Below, in pieces: positions 12,571-25,269 of a stretch of 52,286 bases of DNA. The notes below the pieces were generated by a model that was not told where the DNA came from, ran no database searches, and saw nothing but the letters and a program-made list of their open reading frames with translations. Position 1 is the first letter of the stretch. Each line of letters starts with the position of its first letter. Origin of the DNA: Paramecium tetraurelia (taxonomy: Eukaryota); contig CT868656.1 of the NCBI GenBank assembly GCA_000165425.1, positions 310,001 to 362,286 on the forward strand. Reading direction: 5' to 3'. The translations under genes were made by a program, and so were the position numbers.

Positions 12571-13748
12571 ATGCCACCCAAAAAGGAAGAGAGAAAACCG
12601 CTGGAACCCATGTTTCCAGAAATCCCCCTATTTTATGAATATATCGATTATTCAAATGAGTAAATGGAATAACTGAATGAATATTTGAATTACTTCAAAC
12701 CTGAACTCACTGCCATGATGAAAAATAATATTTTTGACAATATGGAAATACTATGTCAAACAATAGGAATATCTCGACATCCATCCTTTATATTGCCAAC
12801 TCAAATGATAGACCTAAACGACTTTGACGAGAATACAAAATTTAGAAACCCTGAAGAGCTAGATGGAGATCAAGTGCCTTAAATGATTCAAATAAATTCT
12901 GTAATTTTGATTATATATGGTGACATAGATAAAAATAGATCTATTTACATTAAGATTACTGGATTATTGCGCAGGTGTTAGCGGATTGACAACAATCAAA
13001 ATGTCAAATAATGGTTTAACAGCTAGGTAATACTAACAGATGGCAGCAATTATAAATAATCCTGAAAACAAAGTTAAAAAGTTGTTTATTGATTGGCAGC
13101 AAGTTAACGAAAACTTCTTATAATAAGTGCAACAGATCGAATTTTTAACATTAAGATCTTGTTAACTAAGTATAAACTTAACCTCAATAATGATTAGCAA
13201 ATTAGCAAATTCAAACATTAACTTTGAATGTCCAAAATTTAAAATGCTTAGATTTATACGATAATAAGTTATCAAAGGAAGCCTTGAATTTGATAGGAAA
13301 AATGTTGGGCTAGAATAGTTTAATGGAATATCTTGGTTTAGCTAAGAATGGAATACAATCCTTTGATGACTTATAAGGAATTACTTAAAGTATAGGGAGA
13401 TTTCAAATGAGTCAAGAGGAGTATGATGAGTATAAGACAAAAGAAAAAGAAAGAGATGCTATAATTGAAAGAAATAAGAAAGTAAAGAAAAAAGGAACTG
13501 AAGAACCTGTGCCTTACTTAGAACCAATTCAGTAAATAGACAATAATTGGTATGTGATCAAGAACTCAAGATTGTGGTTGATAAATCTATCAATGAATTA
13601 GATTGACGATTCATCTAGAGATGCCATAGAGAAATTCTTGCTGTAAACTGGAGAAAACTTTTAATTGGTATTGATGGGCAATAGATTCGAAGATTAGAAG
13701 GCATTGTAGAAAACAAAAAAGAAGTTTGGAAAGAAATTAGTATTATGA
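12571..13748 (+). CDS. Leucine-rich repeat protein (RI-like LRRs, possibly LRRC71-like ciliary protein)
   Basis: Starts MPPKKEE. LRR motifs LTTIKMSNNGL, LKCLDLYDNKL, MEYLGLAKNGI and LWLINLSMNQI, with a basic insert RNKKVKKKG. Confidence 0.8.
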
Positions 13749-13767
13749 TTTTATTTATTTTAACTCA

Positions 13768-15079
13768 ATGAAATCAACCAAAGCCAGACAAGTTACAAAT
13801 TCATCTCTAATTGAAACTACACTGAACAATTAGAGTATTTCTTCTCGCAAGGTTGTTAAATTGCCATACTTATACACAAAGCATAATCAAGTTCTCTCTA
13901 CATCAAGGAAACTCCTATTAGAAGAGAATTCTGTGACTATTCAGTTAAATACTTAGAAAAGAGAGTTGCTAAAACTCATTTATGATAGATAGTTAGATGA
14001 AGCTATAGATAGTAAGTCATTCTTACAATAGTGTAGCGACAAGAAAATTAGTTTAGTAATGTATAGCCTATGATCTGAATATATTTGGTAAATCGCTTCA
14101 TATACTGGCAGATATGTATATATCCAACAGAGAATTTGCGAATGGCTTGTATATTTACAACGTACTTAGAGTTTTGGCTGACGTTTAAAACAATTAAACT
14201 CTAAAGATTGATGCACTAATTCAAATGGGAGATTTGTGTAAACTATAATAATAGTATCAACTCAGTAAGATATTTCTGAAGAAGGCTCTCTAATATGTTT
14301 GGTATTAGAATGACACGGAAAATGAAGCAACAATATATGATTATTTTGGGGTTCTTTATTATGTGTAAGGAGAATTAAGATTGGCCAAAGAATATCATGA
14401 CAGGGCCATGAATTTTATTAAAGAATCTAATGATAGTGCTGCACGTAAACATGGAATCGAATATGTAAAGAGTTACATTAAAAGAATTAATTACTAATCT
14501 TAAGTCATGAATAATATGGTATTGTCTAAACTAGGATTGATCTAAGGAAATGAAACAGAAATTAAATTAACTACACTTCTAGATTTCAATATTTTGACAG
14601 AATAAATTTTATAGGATTACGAATTTCAAGTGGAAATGTCAACACCTAATAGGCCACAAAGATGTATCACTAAGAATGGAGTACTACAAAATGATGTTGA
14701 TATGTTTGAAAATGTGAAAGAATTGCATGAACGATAAAAGAAAAGAAAATTCTTTGAAAAAAAAATACCAGTAATGCATTTAACTAGATCTGTATTTAAA
14801 TAAACTATTGAAGAGTAACTTGAATAGCGAATGAAAACAAATAAATAAAAAAATGTATATGTATAATCTTTTCATTAGTCTGTTGATGAATTTAAGAAGT
14901 AGTTGCAAAAATTTCATACTTATAAAAACTTTCCTGAAAAATTAGAAAAGGTCAACATAAATCATCTCTCTCCAAATAGAAATCTTATAGGTTTCAAATA
15001 TAGTTTTAAACCTATGAGACATTAATTGCTAGATTTATTTGGTGAGATTGAGTAATATATGTATTTACATTCATCTTGA
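13768..15079 (+). CDS. TPR-like helical repeat protein
   Basis: ALIQMGDLCKLQQQYQLSKIFLKKAL and IYDYFGVLYYVQGELRLAKEYHDRA are TPR-like. Intron 14012-14036. TGA 15077-15079. Confidence 0.75.
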
Positions 15080-15303
15080 TTTTTATACATTATCATTAAT
15101 TACTTCATAAATAATTTTATTCATATTTTGAATTAATAGCAATAATTTGAAATAGTTTAATCAAATTTTATAATTGATCATTCCCTCTATTCTTTAGAAT
15201 ATATTTAATTGATTTGAATTATCACCTATTCTTTTTGATTTTTATTCAGATGTAATCTAGAAAATGAATGAGTGTCTATTATATTAAATATTTAATTTTG
15301 GAT

Positions 15304-16020
15304 ATGAGAAGATTAATTGTCAACCAAACAAGAAGCAAGACAGTTGCAGCTCGTCCAAGTGCTAATCTGGATAGGATCAATAAATGGTTGTAAACTCTTA
15401 CTGCTAAAGCCAATACATTAGAGAGCAGATTTTACACATCATAATTAAGTTCCTTGTTTAATTTCTATTCAAAACCTACCACAGGTGCCGCTCAAGTATT
15501 AGCTTAATTCAATGATAGGAAATTGATTGGAATTACTGGAAAGAATAAATCACAACAGAAGGATTAGTTGATAAGGTGTAAAAGGGTCATGAGACTCTCC
15601 TTAATAAAGAATTTGATGTTGAACGTATTTGTCATCAAGTTGTTTCCAGTTAAAGCAAAGAATTAGAAGACTTAGAAAATGAGCTTACTTTCCACAGCGC
15701 TGTTTGGAGCAATTACTATTTGGATTAACATTTGGCTTTACTCGATTTAGAGTAATATGGAGACAGAAATAGTTACGTCAGTACTCTAATTAAATTTATG
15801 CATAGTTCATGAGGATTACGATTTCTATCCTGGATTAGAAGCAGATTTAGAAGAATTAACAGAAACTCATAATTGGATTCCAGGATCAAAGGATGACATC
15901 AACTTGAAGGGTTACATGGTATCCCAATTCTAATGGGGAAAGAAGATCATCTCATTCTATAGACATCCTTGTGATGACTTTAAAGCAGCAAGAGGTACCA
16001 AAAATATCTTGGGTAGATGA
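15304..16020 (+). CDS. ATP5PD: Mitochondrial ATP synthase subunit d (ciliate type)
   Basis: EIDWNYWKEQITTEGLVDKV...LEELTETHNWIPGSKDDINLKGY...QWGKKIISFYRHPCDDFKAARGTKNILGR closely resembles Tetrahymena subunit d as I recall it. Two tiny introns. Confidence 0.85.
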
Positions 16021-16615
16021 GATTTATACATGCAAAATATTTTAAAAACAATATTAATCAAAACAATAATATGCTTTATACAATATTTATCTAAATAAAA
16101 TGCTACATATTTTGATTAAGAATTATTTTGCACAAGTACTTTAATCAAATTAGCTATTTCCATTAAATCCTTATTTTATTTACTCATTCTTTATATTTTT
16201 GAATCTGAACTAACTAAATTAAATTAATTCACTTCTTATTTGTGTCATCACTGATTAATTTGATTTTTAGAAGAATTTAAATAGGAATAATTTTTTTATT
16301 AGCTCATATTTCACTTAAATATTCAAGATAAGTATTAAAACCGTATTTTTTATTTTAATCGTTTCTTATATAATAATTTATCTGTATATTATATGTAAAT
16401 ATATTTTCAATAGAATGATAATTATATTTTATACAATGATCATTTAAATTCAAATTGGTTCTTCAAATCATAAATCATAATAAATCAATAAGAAGAAATT
16501 GTTTTCAACTATGATATATAAAGACGAAAATTCTATGATTCTGATCAAAAATGTTGTAAATCATTTAAGGTTCTATGGAATGCTGCAAAATTTTATAATA
16601 ATTGAATTAATTATG

Positions 16616-17350
16616 TCATTTCTATTTCCTATCATATTCGATTGGATAATTTTCATCTTAACAAATGAAGACTTGAATTTCATTATTTTAACCCTGCACT
16701 TTCGAGCTATTTAAGTAGACTTAATAAGGATATTCAGGATTATTTTCCAATACGGTTTCTACTAATGTGCCTTTAGGAGCAGTAATAATAAATAAAGTTT
16801 CACCTTTATGATCAATTTACTAACTTTTGGAGAGCTCCTTAAAGTCCTCTTAGGTTAGAAATGTGTATTTAGCGATTTCAGGTTCGGTCTGAAACTTGTC
16901 TTATAGATTTTTTTATAAGTGCTCAATCCAAAAATCGTATGTTTTTTCTTCATTTTACAGTTATTCCAATTCTTATTTAATCTATTAGAGCTCTGTTTCC
17001 AGTTATGGATTATCAGTGGCACCTACCCATTTAATTTTGTTTTTTGAGATTTTTTCAATGTAACCTATTCCTTCTAATACATTTGTTATATCGTATATTC
17101 TTCTCTTCTGAACTCCTAAATCGTTGACAGCCATATTCAAATCAATTGTAAGATCATTTGAATTTTGGATAAGTTCAACAAATTTTTTAGTTAAGACAGA
17201 TAAAGAATTATCATGTCTTGTTTTTAACTTTCCACTACTCTTTAATTCTTCATCATTAGATTCATTGAAGGAATCCTCATCATTAGAGTACTCTTGTTGT
17301 CTAATTTTGTTTTCCGATTCCAATTTGATTTATTTTCGCTTCGAATTCAT
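16616..17350 (-). CDS. E2F: E2F-family transcription factor (244 aa, intronless)
   Basis: Winged-helix signature [13 protein letters not shown]...[20 protein letters not shown]. Coiled coil and marked-box-like region follow ([12 protein letters not shown]). TGA 16616-16618. Confidence 0.92.
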
Positions 17351-18241
17351 GCAATTATTAATTAATTTTTCACGATTTAAGAACCTCCAATATATATCTT
17401 CTTTTAAAATCAAACAAATAACTAAGTGAAAATAGTTGAGTAATCCATCAAATAAATCTGGAGGATTAAGACTAAATTGCTTACACTTATAATATTATGA
17501 ATTTATATATCTATAATTTTAATAATATTTTACAAATTAAATAAAACCCAAGTCATAATATACCTTTTCAAATTAAATATAGAGTATTAATTAGGGAAAT
17601 AAAGAGATATTCCTCTTATTTTCAATGGCAAATTACATTTAAGGCTTTTTTATTATTGAAATGCTAATAATATGTCTCTACTAAACTAGTAAATAAATCA
17701 TATATTAATATAACTTGAATAAGGGAGATTTAAGTTTACCCATTTTCTTTAATTGTAGTTTTTATTATATGATTTATTATCATACTTCATCATCTAATCA
17801 TTTTCTTTAATTTTGTTTTTACAATTAATTAACTGCAAACATCATTAAATAACTTAAAAATTATATTATGATCTCGATAGATATAGAGGTAATAAAATGA
17901 GAAACCAATAATAGCATTTTTTCAAGATCAACCATGAGAATTAATTGGTTGTTAATGATATTATGTGTAATATAGATTAATAAATTTATAGTATATTTAA
18001 ATAAATAGTAAAAATTATTTTAAAAAATAATTGACGAATTTACATTTAAAATTATTTAAATTTGATCATCAAAATTATAGAAAAAGTGAAATGAATATGT
18101 TGTTTAGTTATACTGAATGAATTTTAAGAGGAACTTTAAGTAGATGGTTACCAGTTTTTCAATTAGATAGAAGAGATGACTTGAATTTCAGATTTTATAA
18201 TTCAATTAATCAAGTGTATTATATATTTAATAAATAATATC

Positions 18242-19900
18242 ATGATCCATCTATTGAGCATGATCTTGATAATGAACCGAGGTAAATGTCAAGTGACCCT
18301 GAACATGAGTGAGAATTAAAATTGGACAGCGAGTTTCGAAACTTCAAGAAATATTACTTTTTAAGTTACATCTCTTCCTAATAAGTATTGTTACGTTACC
18401 ATAGAGCTATAAGATAGGGATCCTAATTTTTAATTAGTTGCAGACTATTAATTTAAACCTAATCCTGGGTTATTATCAACATATAAACAAGGGGAAAAAA
18501 TTGATAGAATAAGGTAAAAATTCTATTCTATTTAGTTAATTGGAAAATAGGAGAACTAGATTTCTAAAGTTGAAAAGAAACAGAGGAATTATCTATATTT
18601 CCTGTCTCACTAATAAACAGAATAATTCATTTAAAATAAAAATCACTGCCAAAGATTAAGAGCAATGTGACAACGAATGTAGTTTAAATGGGTTTTGCTA
18701 GGTAATACTATTGTAATAAAAGAGTGAAGGATGTGTTTGTTTGAATTCGTTTATTGGGAATGATTGCCATCAATTATCTGAGAAGATAGTTTCAAGATCA
18801 ATAAAAGATGTGGAATTTTTTAATACTGAAACAATAAAGTACTTCTCAATCGATCTCTATGATTCATTAGGAAAAGATTTGAGGCTGGAATTTGAAGTAA
18901 TTATAGTTATTTTGAAATCTAGTCTGAATGTGAGGATTGGCTGGCTATTATAATTTATAAAACTAAAGCTCTTATTAATCCGAAGGATAGTAACAATAGC
19001 AAATATAGTTAAATATTCAATATCACGGGAGGACATGGAACAATTTTAACATAAATTCCCATTAATTTGCCAGAATCATAAAGATTTCTATTGTTTGCTG
19101 TTTTCAAATCGAAGTCTTATTAAGATACGAATCATTTATAAATTGGATTTAATTACCACTCTTATTCCCCTGATGAAGACGGTTAAGATAGTGCTTTTTT
19201 AGCCTCCATTATTATCCCATGTATTCTTGGGCCAATATTGCTGTTTATCTTGATAAAAATGGGTTTGAAACGGTATAGTAATCCAGGGAATTTAATTTTT
19301 CCATTCCAAAATCATAATTTTGACAGACCTGATAATACTCAGGAACATAGATATGAGATGCCTACTGAATATTTTCGTGAGAACCGCAATTCTTAACCAA
19401 GCAGAATTTAATAGAATCATTAAAACGATAGAACTAATACTTCTTTGAATATAGAAGCTTAAATTAACAACCGCAATTCCCAGCAAAATAGAAATAACAT
19501 TTCTTACAATCTTGATTCGAGACCTCCTAGAAATAACTACTCTTACAATCTGATTTTCGCTGGAAATTAACTTCTGTCACACAGATATTAATAAAGCATA
19601 TATTAAAATAATAATTCTAATCGATATAGAAATCAAATTCTAACAGTGTCCTAAGAAAATTAGTTCCTAAATATTCCCTCACCTGCGCCAAGAAGACCTC
19701 CGTAAAGAATTAATTAAATTGATGAATGTAGCATTTGTTTGTCAGATCTTACAAATCATAATGTGGTGAAAACTACTTGCGGGTATAAAAATTATTAACG
19801 TAGTCATAAATTCCATCGAGACTGCATTCAATAATGGTTTGCACAATAAAGAAATTGTCCTAATTGCAGAAGACCGACAAGTTTACAACAAGATAATTGA
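18242..19900 (+). CDS. Single-pass membrane E3 ligase: signal peptide, EGF-like ectodomain, TM helix, cytosolic RING-H2
   Basis: Starts MIHLLSMILIM. EGF-like CDNECSLNGFCQSEGCVCLNSFIGNDC, TM FLASIIIPCILGPILLFILI, RING CSICL...TCGHKFHRDCIQQWFAQQRNCPNCR. Confidence 0.85.
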
Positions 19901-20317
19901 TATATTATTGTTTAAAATGTATTATTTTTTGATATTTTTAACGTTTGAAAGAAATTCTTTAATTTTATTTTAATTTTGATATTTTAGATACTTGTGAACC
20001 TTTTAATTAGAGAGAATATGGTTCCACAACTTACTGTATATTAAACTATATAAAAGATGAAAATTAATAGGAGAAATTGATCGAAATATATATATTAAAT
20101 ATTAAAAATTTTTTCTGTAATTTAAATGGGCCCAACTCTAAAAAATGTCGTTAATTAATTTTAACTCATATCATCATGAATAAATAACTTTTTTTAGTAT
20201 CAAGATGTTAAATAATTTTATTTTTAATAATATGTAAAGACTCGCATATACAATAAGATTTAGGTTATTATAAATGAAAACAAATTATTTTTTGTTAAAA
20301 AAAGAAAAAATTAATAA

Positions 20318-23152
20318 ATGAACTCTCTTTTGATGGAGATGGATCAATATTCAGCTCGTGTCGCCAATGAGGATTAGGCTCTTATGAGTAGGAGAGGTGA
20401 TTAGGAATAAAGAAAGGCCGAATTTTTCCAACGCTGTTTATAGGACCGGAAAATTAACACAGATCTTTCTCAATCAGAAAAATATATATTTGGCGATAAA
20501 GCCATTTATATGGGCAAAATGAAATTAGAATAGAGATTGTAAGATATTGATGAAGTATTGCTACCTTTTGATAATATTGATTTGGATGAAAAGGAGCGCA
20601 ACGAAAAAATGAAAGAATTATCGAAATCTTCTTAATCAGACAATTAAAGAATAGATATTAGTAAGAGAAACAAGAAGCTCCAAAATTTTTGGTTAATATT
20701 AAGTCCAGACAGCTCTCTGAAATTGTTGTGGGACTTTTTTTGTATGATTTTAATTCTCTATGAAATCATTACAATACCAATAAGAATAAGTTTTGACATT
20801 GAAGTAAGTGCTGAATTTGGTTATGTGATAACAGCAGCATTTCTATTTGATATCATCTTAACTTTTAACACAGCAGTCTATTTGAATGGAAATATCAATT
20901 ACACCTACAAGGCAATAGCATTCGACTATTTCAAATTGTGGTTTTGGATAGATGTTGTGGCATCATTTCCATATGACATGGTATTCAATGCGGCATTGAT
21001 AGGAGAAGCTGGAGATGAAGTAAATGAGTCATCAGACAATTTAAAGAAGAGCACTCAAATTTTAAGAGTGTTGAAATTCTTTCGATTTGTTAAAGTCATT
21101 CGTTTATTAAGATTGGCTAAATTGAAGGCTATAATGGATAAAATAGAGGATTATTTTTCTGATAGTTCTATAATTTAGACGATAGGAAGCTTTCTTAAGC
21201 TCTGTGCTTTTGTGTTATTTTGGTCTCATTGGCTAGGGTGTATTTTCCATTTCATTGGTCAAAGTGAGGATACATCGTACAATTGGCTCTCAATTTATGG
21301 ATTGTATGATGAACCTTGGGAAATTAGATATGTGAATTCTGTCTATTGGGCTGTAACAACCATGATTACTGTAGGTTATGGCGATCTCTCTCCGTAGACA
21401 CCGTTAGAAAGACTATTTGGAGTGTTCTTTCTTCTCATTGCCTGTGGTGTATTCTCATTCACTATGAACACCATAGGAAATACTATGCAATAACTAAGTT
21501 AGAAGTAAGATTAATATCAGAAGAGGATATCTGAAATAAATATCTACATGGCGAAGGTCAAGATTCCAAAGCAATTATAAAATAAGGTTAGGAGGTATTT
21601 ATAGTATATTTGGGATTCTCATCGGAGTACCAATTTAGAATCTATTTGTTCAAGTCTCTCTTTATCTCTAAAATATGAATTTACAATTTAAGTAAATGGA
21701 ACTATATTGGCTAGTTATAAATTGTTGTGTGAAACATTTTCAAGGAAATTAATGATTGAATTAACATAGATTCTGAAGGAGTAAACGATATAGCCAGATG
21801 AATATGTGTTTCTAGAAGATGAACCTAAGAATGAGTAAATTCTCTATTTCATTTAAGAAGGTCAAATAAACATTGTGTTAATTAAGACAAGACAAATTGT
21901 GGCTAGATTGAGTAATAAGTAAATCTTTGGTGAGATCAGTTTCTTTGGGAATATAGGTCGAACAGCATCTGCTAAAAGTAATGGATTCACTGATGCCTTT
22001 GTGTTGAAAAGACAAGATTTTGTGGCCTTATTAGATAAATTCCCAGATGATCGAGAAAGATTTAATTTTATAAATGAAGAAGTCAATAAACAATAATTGT
22101 AAGTATTGAATATTCATTGTTATGCTTGTGATTTACCAGGACATGTTATAAGAGATTGTCCCTCATTACATTTTGTGGTTGATTTATATGTGTATTAAAA
22201 GACCAAAATCAGATGTATCAAGGCAATAATGAAAGATTTTGTAAGGAAAGATCGAATGAATTATAACGCTTTGAAAAACCGATAAGAATTAGAAAAAGTA
22301 GCTAAAAATCTGTAGATGAATATACCAACACATAAATTTTTGATTGAAGATTGCAATGTGGATGATCATTTATCATAGGCAGTGGAAGACTAATCAATAA
22401 AGAAGGGATTTAAATTAAAGTCCAAGTTTAAAGAAGATAGGAATAGGAGAAGAAATTGGGAATAGACATTCAAGAAATCTGCATAATAGATGCAATAGAT
22501 CTAGATTAAACAATCAGAGATATTTAGTATCACTAAAAATATGTCTTAAGTTTTATTATCCTCACATCCCAGTGGGGAAACTAGTTTAAGTCACATCCCT
22601 ATTAATTAGTTCAAATCTCCAAATTAGAGTTCGGAAGATAGTGATAGTGGAACTATTCAATAAAAGATGGAAGACATTATGGCTGATTATTAGATATTCA
22701 AATAAGAAGTGGATAAGTACAATGGGTGTCATCAATTGGAGATTAAGAAAAGTTTTGTGTTGTTGAATGAATTCGAAAGTGGCTGTGATTTCAATATATT
22801 TTATCCTCACAACAATCTCTCTGTTGTGTTGAAAGAATTTCACAGGTATCAATTAGGTAACTCTGTCAAACCTAAAATTGATACTGAATACGATACCAAT
22901 GTATTTCAAGAATACATGGAATATTACGTTATTGACATTGAAGATGTGAAAAGATTTAAATTGGAAGTGAAACCATCTCAAATCAAACAATTTCTACCTT
23001 TCACAGAACTTCTTCAATAGTCATATAATCGTTAAGTAATAATATTTAGTATTCTATTATAGAAAAAAAAGAATTATGGCTTGTTAAGACAACCAAAAAG
23101 ATCTTTTAAATAAATTGCTAGAGCTATCATTTTGGCAAGAAAATTTAAGTGA
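20318..23152 (+). CDS. Voltage-gated K+ channel, EAG/CNBD (KCNH-like) family
   Basis: S4 ILRVLKFFRFVKVIRLLRLAK, pore TTMITVGYGD, C-linker, and CNBD FGEISFFGNIGRTASA. TGA 23150-23152. Confidence 0.93.
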
Positions 23153-23191
23153 TCAATTATATATATAAAATTATAATTATTATTAACCGAT

Positions 23192-23865
23192 ATGAAACAT
23201 ATGAGAGATTCTGTTAATCCTGAAGTTCGAGAATTCATCAAATAATTCAACTCATCTCAATAAGAACTTAGAGTCAACAAATAAACCAGTACTGACTAAA
23301 GCACATCCACAATAGTCTAAAGTGACATTAAGTCAGATCACGTAAAAGTCAAAGAAGTATTCTTCAAATTGCCACCCTAAGAAAGTACAGAGAATAAATA
23401 ACCATATCTTAAAATATCAAAGACTCCAGCCGCATCTTCCTTCACAAATTCTCTCTTAAGTATCGATCAAGATAGATACACTGAGGTTATTGTTCAGAAA
23501 GTCGTGGAAGAATTAGAAAGAAGGAACTATTGCAAGAAAAAGCCTTTATTGAGTATATAACAAAATACTATACAAATGAGTATCTCACCAAAATAGGAAT
23601 AAGAATATTTGGATGATGACTCCTTCATACGTTAGATGTACCAAACCTATTTATTCATTTAAGCTAACAAACTTTGTTGAGTCCCAATCAAACACCTTAG
23701 AAGGTATAAATAAGAGCCTTTGAATGTTTTGACTCCCGATAAAAGAAGGTTCAAGTTTAGAAGGACTAAAAATTGCAAAAGTAAAGAGAAACCTAAGAAC
23801 TCACTAAGTTAGTGGATGAATTCAAATCTTTCCTACTTAGAACAAGGGCTTCAGGCAGATTCTGA
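23192..23865 (+). CDS. Hypothetical protein
   Basis: MKHMRDSVNPEVREFIKQF... A 26-nt intron at 23638-23663 restores the frame to TGA 23863-23865. Confidence 0.7.
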
Positions 23866-23928
23866 TTCTTGACTTTTAAATACCATTTTTACTTATATTT
23901 TAAATCATAAATATATTATTTTATTAAT

Positions 23929-24895
23929 ATGTCTCTCCTTCTTTTGAATGCCAGCAATAGAATTGCTTAGGGATTTTTAAAAGTAGCTGCAGAAAGTGGG
24001 AAATATGAAAAGATCATTTGTGCTGATATCTTCCCTACTTATTTCACAGTTCAAAGACTCCTCAAATTTAAGTCATCATTATCAGCAAACATAGAATTGT
24101 TCAAAATCGGAGATCGTCAAGATTTACACGATGTAATTAAATAGGCCAACAATGTTCTATATGTCAGTCATGATTATTACTAAACCACAGCATCCAAAAA
24201 GAATTTATTGGTTGCTACCTTAGATTTGGTCAAAAATAGAAATTATAAGACTGTTGCTTATGTTGCACCTGTCGAACATGATCATCAAGAAGAAATCGAC
24301 GAATGGAAACATCTAGAAGTAGAAGGACGTCGTTTCATTCCTTAATTAGTTGGAATCAGATCTGATATTACCTTTGGACCTAATAGCACATTCACTAATA
24401 AATTAGCATAAAGAATTTATAATGGTGAAAGCATCTACTTCTAAAGCACTGGACAATCATGTGCTCCCATATTCACTGGTGATTTAGAATCAATTGTGGC
24501 TTAAGTTCTAGCAGGATCACATGCTGGAAAATTACTCTTAGCTAAGGGACATAAACACATTGATTTCAAATCTATCATTCATCTAATTGAAGATAGTCTT
24601 GGATCTGCTTACAAAGCTAAGTTAAATGAATCTTTCATTGAAAAAGTACTTATACTATTATAATATTTAGATTATTCATCCCACTAATAATTGTATCGTA
24701 GGTTAATAATTATATTGTCCATCATATATTAATCTAACTAAGTTGATAGCAAATTATAAAGCATTGGAAAACACTGGATATGATTAAGTTGTTGGCGATA
24801 AATTAGTTGATATTGAAGAATATCATAAAAATAATAAAACAGTAGTTGATCAATCATTGAAAGCTGATTATTAATTAAGTTATTTAATTGGATGA
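23929..24895 (+). CDS. Atypical SDR/NmrA-like Rossmann-fold protein with degenerate dinucleotide-binding motif
   Basis: MSLLLLNASNRIAQGFL...IICADIFP...IRSDITFGPN...APIFTGDL follows an SDR-like layout. One intron near 24646-24670. Confidence 0.65.
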
Positions 24896-25269
24896 ATAAA
24901 TGATGATCTATATTCATATAAAAAAATAAATAATTAAATTAATTATTTATAGTTCTTTGAAGCATTAAAATTCAAATAGTAAGCAGGTAAAAATTGAAGG
25001 AGTTCTTGATTGCTTTCATTAAATATAATTTTAATAAATTATTGATTATTAAGTTTTTCTTTATATAATTACATATTTGTTGTAAAATTGATATTTTGCT
25101 ATTGATAATTGAAAGTAATACTATATAAATGATTTAATAGATAGGGTATTGCCCCTATACTTCTATGTAGAAGACCCATTAATCAATACAAAAAAGTAAT
25201 TGAAAAATCATAAATCATAAATCGCAAATGATATGTAATAATTTCAATTTCTTGATTGTTTAATTGGAG

